Of a stretch of 64,000 bases of DNA, positions 1 to 9,381 are shown in pieces. Source of the stretch: Anaeromyxobacteraceae bacterium (GTDB lineage Bacteria; Myxococcota; Myxococcia; Myxococcales; Anaeromyxobacteraceae); the NCBI GenBank assembly GCA_047602405.1, contig JASGHJ010000002.1, forward strand, positions 2,080,001-2,144,000, in the 5' to 3' direction. The notes beneath the pieces were generated by a model. The model did not search any database. It was not told the origin of the DNA and was given only the letters and a program-made list of their open reading frames with translations. Every line of letters begins with the position of its first letter. Position 1 is the stretch's first letter. The position numbers and the translations under genes were made by a program.

Positions 1-1029
1 CCGTGGAAGAGCTGCTTCTCGAGCGCCTCGGTGAGGTCGCCGACCGTGATGGGCGCCCCGCCCTTGAAGGTCGCGAGGACCCGCTTGTCGGTCTTGAGCT
101 TCTCCCAGCCCTTCGCGTCGTAGTTGACCTTCTTCACGAGCGCCCAGTCGATCTTGGCGTCCGCGTCCGTGAGCTTCTTGTAGTAGGCCTCGAGCGTGAG
201 CTTGTTCTGGCGGGCGACAGACTGCTTCTCGGCCTCGGCCTTCGCCTCGGCGGACTCGCCGAAGCGGAATCTCGTCCACCCGGGCCACCACGAAGCCGTC
301 CTGGAGCTTGACGGCGTCGGTCAGGTGCCCCGCCTCGGTGAGCTGCACGGCGCCGAGCACCGCGGGGGCGAGATCCTTCCGCCCCGCCCAGGAGGACTCG
401 AGGCCCCCGGTCGCCTTCTTGGCCTCGAGCGCCACGCCCGCGAGCGCGCCGAAGTCCTTGCCGTCGATGACGGCCTTGCGGAACACCTGGGCCTCGTCGA
501 GCGTGGGGAACTTGATGGAGCGGAGCTTCCACTCCTTCACGGCCTCCCGGTAGAGCTTCTCGACCTCGAGCGCGTCCGGCTTCACGCCCTTCAGCGCGTC
601 CCGCTGCACGCGCTCGCGGAGGGCCTCCTTCTCCCAGGACTCGACCGCGAACCTCACTTCGTCGAGGTCCTGGATGCCGGACTGGTGCGCCTCGGCGAGG
701 AGGAGCCGGACGTTGAGGAGCCGCTGCAGCATCGGCTCGAACTCCATCTTCGCGGGCTTCGCGCCGCCCTTGTGCTCCTGGTGCGAGGCCGCCATGGCCT
801 CCGCGAGCATCGAGAGGGTCACCTGCTCGTCGCCCGCCGTCGCGATGACGGTGTCGGCGAAGCGCTGGTCGAAGAGCGGCAGGTTCACCGAGGCGACCAT
901 GTCGGGGGCGCCGCCGGTGCCCGCCGCGGCGGGCGGCGTGAGCGCCACGGGCTTCGAGGAACCGGCGCCCGGCATGGCGAGCGCGAGCCCGGGGGCGAGC
1001 GCGAGGACGGCGAGAAGGCGATTCGACAC
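1..1029 (-). CDS. SurA/PpiC-like peptidyl-prolyl isomerase/chaperone, exported; runs off the left edge; +1 frameshift near 268
   Basis: Manual translation from GTG at 1029 (GGGAGA RBS): MSNRLLAVLALAPGLALAMP signal peptide, then ...LQRLLNVRLLLAEAHQSGI...WKLRSIKFPTLDEA...DFGALA...GHLTDAVKLQDGFVVARVDE, a SurA_N plus rotamase-like pattern. Frame is restored by removing one base at GAATC 267-271. Confidence 0.7.
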   Translation of the reverse strand, partial: MSNRLLAVLALAPGLALAMPGAGSSKPVALTPPAAAGTGGAPDMVASVNLPLFDQRFADTVIATAGDEQVTLSMLAEAMAASHQEHKGGAKPAKMEFEPMLQRLLNVRLLLAEAHQSGIQDLDEVRFAVESWEKEALRERVQRDALKGVKPDALEVEKLYREAVKEWKLRSIKFPTLDEAQVFRKAVIDGKDFGALAGVALEAKKATGGLESSWAGRKDLAPAVLGAVQLTEAGHLTDAVKLQDGFVVARVDEIPLRRVRRGEGRGREAVCRPPEQAHARGLLQEAHGRGRQDRLGAREEGQLRREGLGEAQDRQAGPRDLQGRGAHHGRRPHRGAREAALPR

Positions 1030-1093
1030 GGTGGTCTCCCTGCGGCGCCGTCGCGCGGCGCGGTGTTCGGTGCGAGTCGGTGGCCTCGGCGTG

Positions 1094-1109
1094 TGCAACC
1101 CGTGTGCCC
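1094..1109 (-). promoter_or_regulatory. sigma54 (-24/-12) promoter of the PPIase gene
   Basis: Minus strand reads GGGCAC-ACGGG-TTGCA, a near-consensus TGGCAC-N5-TTGCA, 65 nt upstream of the start codon. Confidence 0.8.
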
Positions 1110-1158
1110 TACCCCGGTCGCAGGGCCCGTTTCAACGGTATGAATTTACTCGGCTTCG

Positions 1159-1180
1159 AGTTGGGCCATAGCACCCACTC
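1159..1180. promoter_or_regulatory. putative enhancer (UAS) palindrome TGGG-N8-CCCA
   Basis: AGTTGGGC-CATAGC-ACCCACTC; same core as the sites at 9138, 9168, 17327 and 17357. A CCCCACCC half-site follows at 1201-1208. Confidence 0.55.
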
Positions 1181-1257
1181 GCACGCGGTGCGCCGCCCGG
1201 CCCCACCCCCCGAAGCTTCTGCGCGGCCCGACGGAAAACCGAGGTGCAAGCGGTGTC

Positions 1258-2376
1258 TCAGCGCGAAGGCGGCGGGCGCGCCGCCATCATCCCATCGATC
1301 GCCTTTCGCACCATCCGGCAGGCCGCCTCGTGCGCGGTGAACACCCGCCCCTGCTTGAAGAGCGTCTCGCCGTCGTCGCCGCGGTTGTGCGAGGTGGACT
1401 GCCAGACGATGGCGCCGGTGTGGCCGTCGAGGACCGAGAGCGTGAAGGAGAGCCGCAGCGCGGCGGGCGTGCCCGGATCCTCGAAGTCGAAGATCTCGCC
1501 CGCCACCATGAGGTCCGCCTCCATCGCGCCGAGCAGCGTCCGGGCCTGCTCGAGGTTGACCCCGCCCTGCAGGATGACCCGGTACCGCAGGAGCAGGTCC
1601 CGCGTGACGCCGGGCTCCACCACGCGGAAGCGCTCCTGCGAGAGGAGGCCCTGCACCGCGGCGAGCGCGAGCGCCTCGCCAGCGCCGCGCACGCGCGAGT
1701 GGTTCACCCACGGCAGCACCACCACCTTGGGCGCGCGCACCTTCCCGAGGAAGGTGCTGCGGAACGGGATCTTCGGTGCGTAGGTCGGATCCGAGCCACA
1801 GCGCGGCGCGCGCGGACCGGCCCCCGAGAGCGCGCGGGCGAGCGAGCGGGACAGGCCCGCCGCGGCCTGCTCCTCGAGGCGCTCCACCTCGTGCACCAGC
1901 CCCAGCTTGAAGAGCCCCGGGCTCTCGTCACCGGCGCGGCCGAAGCCATCCATCCAGAGGATCGTGGGCTCCGGGCCGGTGGAGACGAGCCGCATCGAGA
2001 GCGCGATCCGCGGTGGATCTCCGGGCGTGTACTGCTCGAGCACCGTCGCGACGATGCCGTCCACGGCGAGCTCGTCCGCCGCGGTGCTCGCCGCGAGGGG
2101 GTCGACGGCGCCGGTGTACCGGATCCGGTGGCGCTCCAGGAACGCGTCCACCGCCGCGCCCGTGACGACCTCGATCCCCTGGCGGGCGAGCGCGGACTCG
2201 AACGTCGCGAGCAGGCGGCGCACCGGAACCGCGACCCCGCTCACGTTCTCGATCGGCAGGAGCGCGACGCGGGTGACCGCGCGCGCCTCGTCGCCGCGCG
2301 CCGGCCCCCCCGCCAGCGCGGCCGCGAGGGCGACGGCCGCGAGCGCCCTACTTGAAGAGCTGGTCGAGGAGATCAT
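1258..2376 (-). CDS. exported protein with two CsgG/LpoB/TolB_N-like alpha-beta domains (omcS companion)
   Basis: Two repeats starting RVALLPIEN and KVVVLPWVN, each with an xxADxxxxG and G.IVW-type motif; signal peptide; start codon uncertain. Confidence 0.65.
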   Translation of the reverse strand: MISSTSSSSRALAAVALAAALAGGPARGDEARAVTRVALLPIENVSGVAVPVRRLLATFESALARQGIEVVTGAAVDAFLERHRIRYTGAVDPLAASTAADELAVDGIVATVLEQYTPGDPPRIALSMRLVSTGPEPTILWMDGFGRAGDESPGLFKLGLVHEVERLEEQAAAGLSRSLARALSGAGPRAPRCGSDPTYAPKIPFRSTFLGKVRAPKVVVLPWVNHSRVRGAGEALALAAVQGLLSQERFRVVEPGVTRDLLLRYRVILQGGVNLEQARTLLGAMEADLMVAGEIFDFEDPGTPAALRLSFTLSVLDGHTGAIVWQSTSHNRGDDGETLFKQGRVFTAHEAACRMVRKAIDGMMAARPPPSR

Positions 2377-2929
2377 CCACCGCCGCCTCGGTCACGTCGT
2401 TGAGCGGCTCGCCCCCGCTGCCGAGGAGCCGCCCGGAGAGCGTGACCCCGCCCTTCGTCGTCTGGCCCGCCCAGACCACCCTGCCCGTGGCGGTCTCCTG
2501 GAGCTGCACCGAGAGCGAGATGGTGTTCGCGGCCGCAGCGCCCTGGCGGACCTCGCCGTACTCCTTCACCGTCCCGGTGAAGATCGCGTCGGCCTTGAGG
2601 GTCTTCCCGAGCTTCATGACCTCCTCGACCGAGGGTGCCACCGGGTTCGCGACCCCCGCGATGCCGATGCCCCGGACCACCTCGCCGCCGGGCAGCACGT
2701 AGAAGGCGTTCGTGGCGAGGAGCATGGTCGCGAAGACGTCGCGCACGCGCTCACCGGCGAGCGTGTCGCGCGCGAGGTTCGAGAACGGCAGCACCGCCAC
2801 GGTCTTCACGGCCCCGAAGTCCATGTTCCGGTCCATGTAGGTCCGCTTCTGCGCCTTGGAGGCGGCGCAGGAAAGCCCCCCTGCGGCGAGGGCGAGAACG
2901 AGCGCGATGGTGGAGAGGCGACGTGGCAT
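2348..2929 (-). CDS. CsgG/GNA1162-like lipoprotein (omcS companion)
   Basis: Lipobox (AGGLSC); KTVAVLPFSN...LGKTLKADAIFTGTVKEY...ETATGRVVW; GGAG RBS before ATG 2929. Confidence 0.75.
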   Translation of the reverse strand: MPRRLSTIALVLALAAGGLSCAASKAQKRTYMDRNMDFGAVKTVAVLPFSNLARDTLAGERVRDVFATMLLATNAFYVLPGGEVVRGIGIAGVANPVAPSVEEVMKLGKTLKADAIFTGTVKEYGEVRQGAAAANTISLSVQLQETATGRVVWAGQTTKGGVTLSGRLLGSGGEPLNDVTEAAVDDLLDQLFK

Positions 2930-2952
2930 GGGCTTCACTCCGGGTGGGTATC

Positions 2953-5167
2953 CTATCGTATCGCGACGAAGAGGTTCGTGATGAACGACCAGCCGTCCGA
3001 ATCGACCGACGGTCCACGCGTGGCCTCGACCGCATAGCTCGAGTCGATGTAGACCCCGGGCCGCAGCGTGAGCCGCGCCCCGGGGCCCCAGCTGCGCTGA
3101 CGCTCGTCGATCGAGCCGTTCAGCGTCTCGGAGTACCCGAAGCGTACGTTGAGCGCCCCGCCCCTCAACGGAGTCGCGTTCAGCGTGAACGAGGAGAGCG
3201 TGGCGACCTTGCCGGCCTCGTAGGAGCGGGCGAGCGAGCCGCCGAGCGAGAGGGCCGGGAACGGGGCCCAGGCGACGTTACCCTCGATCCGGGATCGCCG
3301 GGTCCACGGCCCGCCGTTCGCGCTGTTCGAGGCAACGGAATAGGACGCGCCGAAGGTGGCGGTCCGGTGCGGGGAAACGTCGCAGGCCACGCCCGCCAGG
3401 GCCGAGCGCGCGACACCCGAGCGCGCCCCGCGCCCGACGCTCGCCGCGCCATTCGTGGAAAGGCTGATGCCGTCAAAGGGCTCGGCGCGCATGAGCCCGC
3501 CGCCGCTCGCGCCCCAGGTGCGGCCGTAGCGGGTCTCGCCGGTCGTGGCGCCAACATTGAGGGAGCCCCCTGCAGTCGGGATGGGCTCGAAGTTGAGGTT
3601 CGCGCTCGCCTGGGTCTGGCCGACGTGCCCGTCCGCGCCCGACGAGTCGGTGCGCCCGAGCCGTGCGAGCCACGAGGCCCGTGGGCCGAGGCTGCGCCCG
3701 GCACCGAGCCCACTGGCGAGTGCCCATGTGCTCCGGGTGCCGTGCGTGACGAAGGCGCTCGTGTCGAACGCGAGGCCCCAGCGCGGGTCCAGGAGGAGCC
3801 TGAGGCCGGCGTTGAGCGTCCCTCCTGTTTCCCCACTGTGCCCCTTCACCTCGTCCGCGGGGCGCCCGTAGTAGGCCTGCAGCTCCGTGACCTGGAGCTC
3901 GCGGTAGGCCGGATCGCTCGTGACGCCGTCCGCCAGCGGGAGGGTCACGAGCTTCACGTAGCGGGCGCGCACGGTGGCGATCTCGGATCTCGAAGCGCGC
4001 GTCGAACGCGGGGAACGTCACGCGCCCGCCGGCCGCGGGGTCCACCGTCTCCCGCTGCGTCCAGAGGACGTTGTCGTCGGAGGTCCAGACGGTCCAGGCG
4101 AGCCGCTGCCAGACGCTCTCGGGGAGCATCCGGTCGACCCAGACGTAGAGGCGGTTGATCGGGGTGGAGGCGTCCGGGAAGCGCAGGCCCAGCTCCCGTC
4201 GGCGGAGCCGGTCGGCGAGGGGCTGGCCGTAGCCGAGGTCGAGCCCGGCGGTGCCCGTGAAGTCCCCGTCGATGAGGCGGGCGTTCGTGACGAGCCGCGA
4301 GGTGGCCTCCGTGGAGAGGTCGCCCGCGGCCGGCACGTGCGCCAGCCCCTCCGCCGCGAGCTGGAGGGTGAGCACCGTCGCGCCCGGCTGGGCGGCCACC
4401 CAGCTGTCCCGCCGCCCCACCGTGTAGGAGGCGCTGGCGCTGCCGCGGCGGTCCCAGAAGCGCGTGGACCAGAGTGCCGCGAAGCTTTCGCTCGCATCCT
4501 TCGTGGATATGCTGGAGATTTGGTCGTCGGACGAGCCGTAGCGGACCGACGCCCGCAGATCGAGGTCCCGGAGCTCGCGGTAGGCCGTGGCAACGGTCGC
4601 CGTAAACGTCTGCTGGTCGTCGGTCCGCCGCGCCTCGTCATGCCGGTCGGTGAGGCCGAGTGCGAGATCCACGGTGGGCCCGCCCTCCGGCCGCCAGCCT
4701 GCGCTCGCACTCCAGACGTCCCGCATTCGGATCGGTCCGGATCTCCGCGCCACCCCCTCCGTGTCTTGAGCACCCCAAGCCTGCTGGCGGTCGTAGGAGA
4801 GTTGGCCAGCGAGGATGGGTGGACCAAACCCGATCCGGAGGTTGCCGAGCCAGGTCTCTCGGTCCTGGCGCGTATCGAGGCCATCCAGGGACCCGTCCAG
4901 GTGGGCCGCCGCGAAGGAACCCAGGCCAGAGAGCGTGAGGTACGGGTAGATCGACTTGTCGAAGGTGAGGCGGTACTGCTGCGTGAGCGCGGCCTCGTCC
5001 TGCCTGTAGGCCGTGCCGTCCGCGCCGCGGGTCTCGTGTTCGGAGAGCCGGTACGAGGGCTCGAGCGTGAGCGCCCACGAATCGCCGCGCGCGAGCGCCG
5101 GCGCGGCCGCGAGGGCGCACCCCAGCAGCGCTGCGCAGGCACCGGGCGCGTGGCTCCGGACCCTCAC
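2953..5167 (-). CDS. large outer-membrane beta-barrel with inserted discoidin/F5-8-like domain; +1 frameshift near 3985
   Basis: ORFs 3473..5167 and 2953..3972 join at RFEI/EIATVRARYVKLV. Alternating beta-strand pattern, signal peptide, C-terminal FITNLFVAIR. The middle part LIDGD...WTVWTSDDNVLWT...ARYVKLV resembles a galactose-binding-like domain. Confidence 0.7.
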
Positions 5168-6578
5168 CGCCGCTCACCCCCAACGACGAGCCGCCCGGGC
5201 TCGCCGGCCACGTCCACGAGCCCGAGCACCTGGCGCGCGGCGAGCCCCACCACCGCGATGGCCCCTCGCGAGGGGAGCGCCACGAAGAGCACGTTCTGCG
5301 CGTCGTCGAGGGCGAGCTCGCCGGGGACGTCGGGCAGCCGGACCCCACCCGCCGGGACGAGCGAGAAGGGGTCGAACAGAATCCAGCCGATCGTCGTCGC
5401 CCGCGGCCACCCAGAGGTAGTCGGTCCGCGGCTCGACGAAGATCGCGCGGGTCGCCGCGCCGACGTAGACGCGCGCCGAAGCCGCGCCTCCCGGGAGCGT
5501 GAGCGCGGTGACGTGGGGCGCGCCCCGGTGAAGCACGAACAGCCGGGTCGCGGCCCGGTTGAGCTGGACCCGCACCGGCTCCGCCTCCGTCGCGTACGTC
5601 GCCGCGACCGCGCGGTTCGGGAGATCGAGCACGGTCACCGAGGCCGAGCGCGCATTCGGGACGTAGGCGAGGCGGCCGGTCCGGTCGAGCTGGAGCCGGC
5701 CCGGCTCCTCGCCGGTCCGCACCCGGGCGAGCTCGAGCCCGCCGCGGGGATCCAGGAACGCCACCGAGGCCGCGCCCGCGCATGCCACCACGAGGCTCGC
5801 GCCGTCCGGAGAGACGAGGAGGTCGGCCGGCGCGTCGCCCGGCTGCAGCCGCTCCCGGGAGAGCTCGGCGCCGCTCAGGAGAATCCAGCACCTGCACCTC
5901 GTCGCGGCGCGGCAGCGACACGAACACCCGCTGCGACCTTGCATCGAGGGCCACGCCGCCGGGCTCGGCGTCGGTGCCGAGCGCGGCCACCACCTCCCGG
6001 CGCAGCCTGTCGACGAGGACGACCCGGCGCTCACCGGGGGTGAGCACCGCCGCGACGGCGGCCGGATTGGGCGCCTGTGGCTCGAACACCGCGAACCGGG
6101 GCGAGAACGCCATCGCGCCCTCGAGCGCGCGTGAGACCTCCAGCGAGGCCCACCGCACGAGCGGCCGCCCCGCCTCGATGGAGAAGGGCGCCTCCAGCCG
6201 GACCGGCTCTCCCACCGAGAGGTCGCTCCGCCCGGCGTCGCCCTGGAGCGCCGCACCGCGCGCCTGCACGAGGAGGCCCGCGTAGCTGCCCGCCGGCAGG
6301 TGGCCCCGCGCGAGGAGCCGCTGGCTGCGGGTGTCTCGCCCCGAGAGGTCCGAGACCGCGACCTCGAGCGGCACCGCCGTGCCGTCCGCCCTCACCGCGG
6401 CGACCGCGCCCAGGGAGAACGAGAGCCGGGCGGCGTCGGGCGGGAGCGGCTGCACGTAGAGGAGGAGCGTCCCCTCTCCGGCCCCGGGACCCGCCCGCCG
6501 CGCGGCGACCGTGGCGCAGCCGGCGACGAGCACGGCCGCGAGGGGCAACAGCGCGAGGCACAGCGTGGGCTTCTGCAT
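5164..6578 (-). CDS. lipoprotein with YVTN/YncE-type beta-propeller; frameshifts near 5883 and 5381
   Basis: MQKPTLCLALLPLAAVLVAGC lipobox; repeats PGGVALD, PADLLVSPDG, PGRLQLDRTGRLAYVPN. The reconstructed frame ends LVVGGERR* with a GTGA overlap onto the barrel gene. Confidence 0.75.
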
Positions 6579-6603
6579 TCCACCCTCCGTGTAGCGCGAA
6601 GCC

Positions 6604-6635
6604 AAAAAAAGGGGGCCGCCGAGGCGGCCCCCCTT
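6604..6635 (-). terminator. rho-independent terminator after omcS-like gene
   Basis: GGGGGCCGCC/GGCGGCCCCC stem followed by T7 on the minus strand. Confidence 0.85.
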
Positions 6636-6657
6636 CTAACACACCATCAGGCCAGGC

Positions 6658-7971
6658 TTAGTCCTTCGCGTGGCACTTGTTGCACTGGCTGCGGGCCCAG
6701 GGGCCGAACGCGGTCGCAGGGCGGCCGTTGTACGCCGCCTGCTGCTGCGCCTGGCTGTAGCCGTAGTTGATCTTGTTCTCCGTCGTGGACGAGTCGTAGA
6801 TGGCCGCGTTGGAGGCGTCGGCGACCGTCATGAACTCGTTCAGGTAGAAGAACCGCAGCATGCTCTCGAAGCCCGACGCGTGCGCGCGGTGGCAGGAGAG
6901 GCAGGACACGTTGGTGGTCGTGTCCGCCGCCACCGGCGTGGCCGCGCGAGCCTTGAGGCCGTCGTACGTCGCGATCGAGCTGTCCGTGAAGCCGTACTCG
7001 AAGGGAACGAGCGTCGAGTAGCGATTCGCGGAGGCACCAAGAATGCCCGAGGTGATGTACCGGTTGTAGTTGTCAGCGATCTCGGCGGTCAGCTTCGCGC
7101 CGTTGCCAGCCGGGTGGCGGAGGCCGGCCATGCCGGAGGTGTAGGAGTTCTTGAGCATCTCCCCGTGGCAGTTCGCGCACCACTCGGAGGAGTTACGGCC
7201 GAGGGCGTACTGGGTCTGGGTCGTGCCCTCCGACCGGTTGTAGCTCGAGGCGACGACGGCGTCGAACACGGGAGCGGTGAACGCGAAGGAGCCCGTGAGC
7301 GACTTCGGCTGGTAGCCAACGCCGGCGAGGATGCGGTACACGCCGCGGGCGGAGACCCCGGCGATCGGGTTGGCGGAGTTCGTGTACGAACCCGAGCCGA
7401 AGATCGGGAGACCCGTCGAGGCGACGGAGCCGTCCGCGAAGCGGCGGTAACGGCCGTGCGGGTCGTGGCAGGACTGGCAGCCAAGGTTCGCGGCCGGGTA
7501 GGTGCCGCCCGGGGCGACCGTGAGCTCAGGGTCCGCGACGTAGCCGAAGTCCGCCGCGACCACGTTGTGACCGTGGCGCTCGCCGGGGTTGCCGTCCGCG
7601 GCGACCGTGCCGCGGATCGTCACGTTCATGGTCTTCTTCAGCCACGCGAAGTCGCCACCCGGGGTGTTCTCAACCGGCGTGGTGGTCGTGTCGTACGGCG
7701 TCACGCCAGCGGTGGAGATGTGGTAGCTGCTCGGCGCCGTGTCGGCCGCCTGGTGGCAGTTGAGGCACGAGCCGGACTGGTCGTTCGCCTTGAGGAGGTA
7801 CGGGCCCGTCCCCTGCGCGAAGGTGCGGCCGGTCACGTTCGGCGCGCCCTCGAACGAGTTGTGCATCGAGTGGCAGCCCTCGCACTCGGCGACGCCGCCG
7901 GAGTGGAAGGCGTACGCGTTCGTACCCACGAACGCGAGCATCGCCGCGACTGCAATCTTCATGAACTTCAT
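6658..7971 (-). CDS. omcS: hexaheme c-type cytochrome, OmcS nanowire family
   Basis: Signal peptide then FHSGGVAECEGCHSMHNS...CLNCH...SSYHISTA...TPGGDF...CQSCHDPHGRYRRF...SEWCANCH...RHPAGNGAK...CLSCHRAHASGF...CNKCHAKD. Six CxxCH, colinear with Geobacter OmcS/OmcT as recalled. Confidence 0.9.
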   Translation of the reverse strand: MKFMKIAVAAMLAFVGTNAYAFHSGGVAECEGCHSMHNSFEGAPNVTGRTFAQGTGPYLLKANDQSGSCLNCHQAADTAPSSYHISTAGVTPYDTTTTPVENTPGGDFAWLKKTMNVTIRGTVAADGNPGERHGHNVVAADFGYVADPELTVAPGGTYPAANLGCQSCHDPHGRYRRFADGSVASTGLPIFGSGSYTNSANPIAGVSARGVYRILAGVGYQPKSLTGSFAFTAPVFDAVVASSYNRSEGTTQTQYALGRNSSEWCANCHGEMLKNSYTSGMAGLRHPAGNGAKLTAEIADNYNRYITSGILGASANRYSTLVPFEYGFTDSSIATYDGLKARAATPVAADTTTNVSCLSCHRAHASGFESMLRFFYLNEFMTVADASNAAIYDSSTTENKINYGYSQAQQQAAYNGRPATAFGPWARSQCNKCHAKD

Positions 7972-8087
7972 CTTGCTTCCCCTTGGTTGGTACTGCGGTC
8001 CCCTGCTTGCTTCGTTACTGCTGCTTGCTGCGCCTGTGATTCCCCCCGCCGCCCGTCCCACCGGGCGGCGTTGCTGCCTGAACCTGG

Positions 8088-9053
8088 TTACTGCGTGCTC
8101 GCTGCCGAGACCCTGAAGACGCTGACCCCGCGGTTCGCCCGCTGGGAGACGAAAAGCCGGTTGCCGGCCACGACGAGGTCGGTCGGGCCGACGAGGCTGT
8201 GGGGCCGGTTGCCGCGGTAGCCGAACTCCTTCACGAAGTTCAGCTTGCGGTCGAAGACGATGACCGCGTTCTTGAGGACGTCGGAGACGTAGATAAATCC
8301 GTCGTCCCCGCGCGCGATGGCAGAGAGCACCTGGAACTTGCCGGGGGCGCTGCCCTTCGTGCCGAATAGCATCGGCTTGCCTTGGGGCGGCGCGACGCAG
8401 GCCGCGAACATCGTTCTCAGCGTGAAGAGGACGTTCCCCTCCGCATCGACATCGAAGCCGCCCATCTCGGCCGAGGCCTTCTTCTCCTCGACCTTGCGCG
8501 GGTCGATCTCCTCGCCGGCGAAGTCGATCTCGTCGCGGAAGTCCCGCGCCGCGAAGACGGCGCCGTCGAGTCCGAAGCCGACGACCTTCAGCGCCATGAA
8601 GCTCGCGAGGTAGATGCGGTCGCCGCGCACCACGAGACCGTCCGGCTGGAAGCCCTCGAGGAAGCCCTTCGGTGCGCCGGCCAGCGTGAGCTCGCCCTTC
8701 ACCTCGCCGCGGAAGTTGCAGCGGGTGACGCGCCACCGCTCGGCGTTCACCGAGACCACCACGAGGTCGCCGCCCTCGAGCCCGGCGACGAGGCGGGGCA
8801 TCCCGAGCTCCTCGGAGGTGCCGAACGCGAACGTCTCCATGCCGGCCTGGTTGAAGACGCGGGCAACGCCGCCGGTGACCACCCAGAGCTCGCGGTTGCC
8901 GGCGTCCCAGGACAGCTTCGCCTCGGAGGCCTTGAGCAGGCCGGCCGGGCTCGCGAGGCCGTGGAGGTAGGCCACCTCGAACGCGCGGGCCGAGGCCGGG
9001 GCGACCGAGGTCGCGGCGGCGAGGGCGAGGGCGATGGAGGTCGTGGCGCGCAT
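8088..9053 (-). CDS. NHL-repeat beta-propeller protein, exported (GSU2505-like, upstream of omcS)
   Basis: Signal peptide; FGTKGSAPGKF...GFIYVSD...VIVFD...EFGYRG...LVGPTDL NHL motifs. Confidence 0.8.
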   Translation of the reverse strand: MRATTSIALALAAATSVAPASARAFEVAYLHGLASPAGLLKASEAKLSWDAGNRELWVVTGGVARVFNQAGMETFAFGTSEELGMPRLVAGLEGGDLVVVSVNAERWRVTRCNFRGEVKGELTLAGAPKGFLEGFQPDGLVVRGDRIYLASFMALKVVGFGLDGAVFAARDFRDEIDFAGEEIDPRKVEEKKASAEMGGFDVDAEGNVLFTLRTMFAACVAPPQGKPMLFGTKGSAPGKFQVLSAIARGDDGFIYVSDVLKNAVIVFDRKLNFVKEFGYRGNRPHSLVGPTDLVVAGNRLFVSQRANRGVSVFRVSAASTQ

Positions 9054-9074
9054 CGTGTGGTGCACGCCCACCTG

Positions 9075-9091
9075 TGCATCAGGGAGGCCAA
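9075..9091 (-). promoter_or_regulatory. sigma54 promoter of the NHL-omcS operon
   Basis: Minus strand TTGGCCTCCCTGATGCA has GG-N10-GC spacing, about 22 nt upstream of the ATG. Confidence 0.7.
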
Positions 9092-9137
9092 CCCCGATCC
9101 CCTGGTTTCCAGGGCTTTTCGGTTCTTCGATTACCAG

Positions 9138-9189
9138 GGGTGGGGGCTTTCACCCATGAGCACGTTCGGGTGGGGGAGATGCCCCACCC
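9138..9189. promoter_or_regulatory. tandem UAS palindromes, 30 bp apart
   Basis: GGGTGGGG-GCTTTC-ACCCATGA (9138) and the perfect GGGTGGGG-GAGATG-CCCCACCC (9168). Confidence 0.7.
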
Positions 9190-9381
9190 AAGATCCCCCA
9201 ATCCACGGGGCGCCAGAATTGCGCCGCATCAGGTGCGCGCACGTAAACGTCCGTGTTCACGGAGGGACGACGGGAGCCGGAAGAGTCCGAAGGTGTGCGG
9301 CGGGAGTCACCAGGCCTGCCACCCCGGGGCACGAGGTCGAGCGCAACCCCGCGCGGACGGCGCGGTGCGCCTACCTGGGCG

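Noticed and set aside
7972..8087. c-di-GMP-I/cGAMP (GEMM) riboswitch upstream of omcS, as in Geobacter
   Set aside because: I could not find the GG(C/T)AAA...GAAA...GACGCAAA pattern by eye; only a simple GC hairpin is present. An Infernal scan would settle it.
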